Assembly (NCBI GenBank): GCA_964612145.1
Contig: CAZTBP010000005.1
Span: 71,749-135,748 of the forward strand
Length of the DNA: 64,000 nt
Origin: an uncultured Ignavibacteriales bacterium
Lineage (GTDB): Bacteria; Zixibacteria; MSB-5A5; GN15; FEB-12
Direction of reading: 5' to 3'
Made by a program: the position numbers and the translations under genes. Below are positions 59,961-64,000 of this stretch, in pieces. The notes under the pieces are model-generated. The model was given only the letters and a program-made list of their open reading frames with translations. It had not been told where the DNA came from and did no database searches. Each line of letters starts with the position of its first letter. The stretch's first letter is position 1.

Positions 59961-61960
59961 AGCAGTCAACGAAAGACAACTCTCAAGAGAGCTCAATAGA
60001 TGAACTGGTAGAAAAAGCCCGCTACATGCGCGGACTAAATGAAATCTCTCTCTGCTCGGCAAAGTCCGGCCACTCCGGCGGCACGCTGGGGATCATGGAT
60101 ATATGTTCTGCCCTCTATTTACGTGTGGCGCGCCATAATCCCGATGACCCGTTGTGGAGTGACCGTGATCGCATAATCTGGTCGGCCGGGCACAAAGCTC
60201 CGGCGCTGTATACCTCGCTGGCTGTGGCCGGTTACTTTCCCGAAGACGAATTGATGAAACTACGTATGCTGGGCTCGCGACTTCAGGGACACCCGCACCG
60301 TCTCGACCTGCCGGGTGTGGAGATCTCCTCCGGCTCGCTCGGGCAGGGGTTCTCGGTTGGCGTTGGCGTGGCTTTGGCGGCAAAACAGGACGGCAGAGAC
60401 TTCCGCGTCTGGATTATCTCATCCGATGGCGAACAGCAGGAGGGCTCCATCTGGGAGGCGGCTATGGCAGCCGGCGTGTACAAGCTGGACAATATGATTC
60501 TGATCCTCGATAAGAACCGCCTCCAAATCGATGGCCCGACCAAAGAAGTACTTGATATCGAGCCGATCGATGAGAAGTACCGGGCCTTTGGTTGGGAAGT
60601 GATCGAAGTCGACGGCCACGACATGGCTGACATTGTCAAGAAGTTCGAGTGGGCGCGCAATAGCAACGATACCGGCCAACCGGTTGCGCTGGTTTGCCAC
60701 ACCAACAAAGGACGCGGCGTCTCGTTTATGGAGAACATCGTCGGATGGCACGGCAAGCCGCCGAACCGGGAAGAGCTGGACAAGGCGCTGGCCGAACTGG
60801 GCCTGAGTGATACGTTCGACGTTGACGCGCTCCTTGAAATCGGTCGCACACACCAGCAGAAGGTCGAGACTGAGCTGACCGATCAGATGCCGAAGTTCTC
60901 GCGCGACTTCTGGTGGAACAGCGCCGACACGATGCAGGTCGAGATGGACCCTACCCGCAAAGGCTTCGGGCGGGCTTTGGGCAAGCACGGCGACGACGAA
61001 CGGATCATCTGCATTGGCGCCGACATCTCTGACTCGATTACAATCTCTGACTTCTACAAGGGTCATCCGGAGCGGAAGGACCGCTTTATTTCGGTCGGGG
61101 TGGCGGAGCAGAATGCAACCACGATTGCGGCCGGGCTGGCCAAGGAGGGGAAGCTCCCGGTGTTCGGCACGTACGGCGTGTTTGCTTCGGCCCGCAATCT
61201 CGACCAGCTTCGGGTGTCGGTCTGCTACGGCAACTTCAACGTCTTTGTGGCCGGAGCGCACGGCGGCATTTCGGTCGGGCCGGACGGCGCGACTCATCAG
61301 GAGCTGGAATCGCTGTTCCAGATGTGCGGTCTGCCCAATATGCATGTGGCGGTACCATGCGACGCTCTCGAAACCGAGAAGATGACCAGGCTGCTGTTGT
61401 TCGATGTGGTCGGCCCGAAGTACCTTCGGTTTGCCCGCGAGGCTACGCCGGTGATTACGAAACCGGACTCGCCGCTTCGGTTCGGCCAAGCCAACGTGTT
61501 CCGGTTCCGGCAAGAGGCGGAGCGGCTGGTCGATGGGTTCGAGATTATCCCGGCCTCTGAGTATGAGAGCGAGGGAGAGGACCTTACCATTATCTCCTGC
61601 GGGCCGGAGACAGCCGAGGCGGTGCGGGCGGCGTATATCCTGAAGACCGAGTTCGAAATCGAGACGCGGGTGATCAACATGCATACGGTCAAGCCGCTGG
61701 ACAGAGCGGCGATCGTCCGGGCGGCCAGGGAGACCAGGGCGATTCTGACGGCCGAGGAACACCAGGTTGGCGGTCTTGGAAACCTCGTGGCGGCAACGCT
61801 TTGCACGGATTTGGGTTTGTTTGGTAAAGTGCCTCCGCTGGCTATGATCGGGGTGCAGGATCGGTTCGGGGAGTCGGGGAAGCCGTGGCAGCTGATTCGC
61901 AAGTTTGGTCTTGCGGCGGAGCATATTGCGGTGCGGGGGCGTGAGCTGGTGCGGGGGTGA
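59957..61960 (+). CDS. tkt: Transketolase, single-chain fusion of split-type N-terminal (TPP/PP) and C-terminal (Pyr + C) modules
   Basis: The N-terminal half (SGHSGGTLGIMDICSALY, GSLGQGFSVGVGVALA, SDGEQQEGSIWEAAMAAGVYKLDNMILILDKNRLQIDG) matches the two-subunit transketolase type. The C-terminal half has FISVGVAEQN and GPDGATHQ. ATGA overlap with coaE. Confidence 0.85.
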   Translation: MKQSTKDNSQESSIDELVEKARYMRGLNEISLCSAKSGHSGGTLGIMDICSALYLRVARHNPDDPLWSDRDRIIWSAGHKAPALYTSLAVAGYFPEDELMKLRMLGSRLQGHPHRLDLPGVEISSGSLGQGFSVGVGVALAAKQDGRDFRVWIISSDGEQQEGSIWEAAMAAGVYKLDNMILILDKNRLQIDGPTKEVLDIEPIDEKYRAFGWEVIEVDGHDMADIVKKFEWARNSNDTGQPVALVCHTNKGRGVSFMENIVGWHGKPPNREELDKALAELGLSDTFDVDALLEIGRTHQQKVETELTDQMPKFSRDFWWNSADTMQVEMDPTRKGFGRALGKHGDDERIICIGADISDSITISDFYKGHPERKDRFISVGVAEQNATTIAAGLAKEGKLPVFGTYGVFASARNLDQLRVSVCYGNFNVFVAGAHGGISVGPDGATHQELESLFQMCGLPNMHVAVPCDALETEKMTRLLLFDVVGPKYLRFAREATPVITKPDSPLRFGQANVFRFRQEAERLVDGFEIIPASEYESEGEDLTIISCGPETAEAVRAAYILKTEFEIETRVINMHTVKPLDRAAIVRAARETRAILTAEEHQVGGLGNLVAATLCTDLGLFGKVPPLAMIGVQDRFGESGKPWQLIRKFGLAAEHIAVRGRELVRG

Positions 61961-61961
61961 T

Positions 61962-62275
61962 TGGGTTTGTTTGGCTTTTTCGCCCGGCGCTGTCAGCCGT
62001 CGGCTCCGCTGAGGCTGACCTGGGGGTTGCCGTTGGATCATGGGATCCCACAGCAAGTCGTGAGGTGCCTGTTTCATCAGCCTTCGACTCCGCTCAGGCT
62101 GACTCGGGGGGATGCGGGACCTTCGCCTGTTAGTCATATTGTTGTCACCTATCGCGTAATATGGGTTTGTTTGGCTCAAGCGGGCGTAAAGCGGCTCCAA
62201 TCGATAGTGTTCTCTTCGAGAGCCCGGGATTTTGATCGGGGCGCACCGGCGAGGGTGGATGGGTTTGTTACATCG
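61962..62275. repeat. Degenerate tandem repeat tract (about 90-100 nt period) with two related hairpins, derived from or shared with the tkt 3' end
   Basis: TGGGTTTGTTTGG occurs at 61812 (inside tkt), 61962 and 62162 (exactly 200 nt apart); truncated TGGGTTTGTT occurs at 62260. Hairpins GTCAGCC-N14-GGCTGAC (61992-62019) and TCAGCC-N14-GGCTGA (62077-62102) have near-identical loops (..C[GT]TCG[GA]CTCCGCT[GC]A..). A cognate CTCCGCTGGCT lies at 61833 in tkt. Confidence 0.6.
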
Positions 62276-62482
62276 CATGGGCAATTCTCTCAGACATACT
62301 TCTTCTCACCCTAAGGCGCGTTGTCGCAATCGGCATCGGTTCGCTGCCGATTTTGCGGCAGTTAGTGGGCCGGTTCGGCAGGTATATCTCCTTGCCAACG
62401 AGGGCGAAATCGGCTAAGTTTTGAGTACACGCCGTGTTAGTGCGACGAAAATGAGAATTGATATAGCATAAGGAAAAGTCTC

Positions 62483-63655
62483 ATGCAATACACCGAACGG
62501 GTTACGAAGCTCGAATCCGAGGGCGCCTTTGTCGTACTGGCAAAGGCCAAAGAACTGGAGCGGCAGGGGAAAGACATCATTCACCTCCAGATCGGTGAGC
62601 CGGATTTTGACACGCCCGAGAATATCACCGAGGCCGGAATCAAGGCGATGCGTGACGGCCACACGCACTACGCCCCATCGGGCGGGATTCCCGAAGCGCG
62701 CGAGGTGTGTGCCGAGTATCTGGCCAAGACGCGCGGGATCGATATCACCTGGGAAAACACGATCATCATGCCGGGAGCCAAACCGTTTTTGTTCTGTGCG
62801 CTAATCGCGCTGATCAACGATCAGGATGAAGTCATTGTGCCGAATCCCGGCTACCCGACGTATCGCTCGATCGTGAAGTTTGTCGGGGCGACGCCGGTGC
62901 CGGTGCAGCTTCGGGAGGAGAACGATTTCCGTTTCTCTATCGATGAATTCAAGAAGCTGGTTACCGATCGGACGAGGATGATCATTCTCAACTCGCCGTG
63001 CAACCCGACCGGCGGGGTGCTGACGATGGAGGATCTCGAGGCGATTTATGAAGTTGCGGACAAGCACGACCTGTGGATTTTGTCGGATGAGATTTACTCG
63101 CGCATGGTGTACGACGGTGAGTTTAAGTCAATTGCGATGGTGCCGGGGGCGATGGAGCGGTCGATTATTATCGACGGGATGTCCAAGACGTATGCGATGA
63201 CCGGATGGCGGCTGGGTTTTGCAGCGATGCCGAAGGAACTGGCGGGATATTTCTTTACGCTGGCGATCAATAATTTCTCGTCGACCTGTACCTTTGCGCA
63301 GCATGCGATGATCGAGGCGCTGACGGGGCCGCAGGACTCGGTTGATACGATGGTGGCGGAGTTCCGTCGTCGTCGCGAAGTCATTGTCAACGGGCTGAAT
63401 GATATCGAGGGGATCAGTTGCAAGAATCCGGAGGGGGCGTTTTATGTGTTCCCGAATATCACCGGTACCGGGCTGACGTCGGATCAGTTTGCCAATATGA
63501 TGCTGGATGAAGCGGGTGTGGCCTGTCTGGCCGGCACGGCGTTCGGTGAGTACGGCGAGGGATACGTGCGGTTCTCGTATGCGAATTCGGTGGAGAATAT
63601 CGAGGAGGCGCTGCGCCGGATCAAAAACGTGCTGGCGGGGGTGGGGAAGGTGTAG
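62483..63655 (+). CDS. Aspartate (possibly aspartate/prephenate) aminotransferase, class I
   Basis: LQIGEPDFDTP, NPGYPTY, NSPCNPTG, SDEIYS, SKTYAMTGWRLG (PLP lysine) and RFSYA motifs. AAGGAAAAG SD. Confidence 0.9.
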   Translation: MQYTERVTKLESEGAFVVLAKAKELERQGKDIIHLQIGEPDFDTPENITEAGIKAMRDGHTHYAPSGGIPEAREVCAEYLAKTRGIDITWENTIIMPGAKPFLFCALIALINDQDEVIVPNPGYPTYRSIVKFVGATPVPVQLREENDFRFSIDEFKKLVTDRTRMIILNSPCNPTGGVLTMEDLEAIYEVADKHDLWILSDEIYSRMVYDGEFKSIAMVPGAMERSIIIDGMSKTYAMTGWRLGFAAMPKELAGYFFTLAINNFSSTCTFAQHAMIEALTGPQDSVDTMVAEFRRRREVIVNGLNDIEGISCKNPEGAFYVFPNITGTGLTSDQFANMMLDEAGVACLAGTAFGEYGEGYVRFSYANSVENIEEALRRIKNVLAGVGKV

Positions 63656-63685
63656 GGGGGCAGAGTTTAGGAGGAGGGAGATCAG

Positions 63686-64000
63686 ATGTCCTTACTCGGA
63701 TCGATCGCCGGATCCTTTAAGGCCCGGAAGGTAGCTAAAGCGGCAGCGCGTCTTTGGCAGGAGACTGTTAACTACTGCCTTCTGGCGGGACACGATGTCA
63801 GGTGGCCCGAGTCTGCCAAAATGCTGACGAATGCCTACACACTGGCAGTCTTGAAATACTCCTGCTCAAATGTCCATAAGTCGGACGATCACATAGGGGC
63901 TGTTATCGTCCTGGGAGCACAGTTCACCAAGGACGTGCTCACCGAGATTTGGGGCAGGCAGGTGGCCAAGGAAACTGTAGAAAAAACGTTGGCGGATTTC
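63686..64000 (+). CDS. Hypothetical protein, 3'-partial (runs off the window)
   Basis: ATG 63686 is preceded by GGAGGAGGGAG. The frame is open to nt 64000 (MSLLGSIAGSFKARKVAKAAARLWQETVNY...). It is not in the ORF track because no stop is reached, and I recognise no motif. Confidence 0.45.
   Translation, partial: MSLLGSIAGSFKARKVAKAAARLWQETVNYCLLAGHDVRWPESAKMLTNAYTLAVLKYSCSNVHKSDDHIGAVIVLGAQFTKDVLTEIWGRQVAKETVEKTLADF

Noticed and set aside
60419-62284. 621-aa minus-strand ORF, the longest unassigned ORF in the track
   Set aside because: It is antisense to transketolase, whose plus-strand homology is unambiguous. Its product is Arg/Pro-rich low complexity, and no SD is present. This is a typical shadow ORF in GC-rich DNA.
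61961-62314. 117-aa plus-strand ORF in the tkt-aminotransferase spacer
   Set aside because: It has no SD. Its peptide simply mirrors the DNA repeats (SAPLRLTWG / STPLRLTRG, LGLFG twice), so it is interpreted as a translated repeat tract rather than a gene.

Overview
Chromosomal, mostly housekeeping window from a moderately GC-rich diderm bacterium. LptD, BamD, LolA and HU are present. Cys-flanked dockerin-like repeats hint at an uncultivated FCB-type lineage, but that is only a guess. I call about 55 protein genes, 3 tRNAs (Tyr-GTA, Leu-TAA, Thr-CGT), 2 multi-lesion pseudogenes, a few intrinsic terminators and weak promoters, and one degenerate tandem-repeat tract. I see no rRNA, CRISPR, transposase, integrase, phage or recognisable defence module. 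Layout: 1-4920 is the edge of a surface-polysaccharide locus. 5059-10295 holds tRNA-Tyr, ppc, a MATE pump and a TauE permease. 10.4-20.5 kb is the only accessory-looking stretch: small unknowns, an alkyltransferase-like protein, a minus-strand trehalose operon (unknown gene, treT, otsB, otsA), tRNA-Leu, tRNA-Thr and a decayed surface-protein gene. 20.7-41.7 kb holds an ARO8/LysN-type aminotransferase followed by an 18-gene, translationally coupled aromatic amino acid block (dapF-trpEGD-MFS-trpCFBA-CM-DAH7PS-argS-tyrA-DAH7PS-aroAEKBQ) and a peptidase. 41.7-64 kb holds a frameshifted OMP, a second MATE pump, FAH, alaX, lptD, hup, ftsK, lolA-like, rimO, SLT, bamD, nadD, polA, coaE, tkt, a repeat tract, an aspartate aminotransferase and a partial unknown ORF. 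I did not find a clear-cut novel multi-gene system. The best candidates for something undescribed are four. First, an MFS transporter and argS hard-wired into the aromatic supraoperon. Second, a two-repeat unknown protein heading a dual-pathway trehalose operon. Third, two T. maritima-type DAH7PS paralogs, one coupled to a free-standing chorismate mutase. Fourth, a tkt-derived degenerate tandem-repeat and hairpin array. All functional calls rest on motif recognition by eye, with no searches run.
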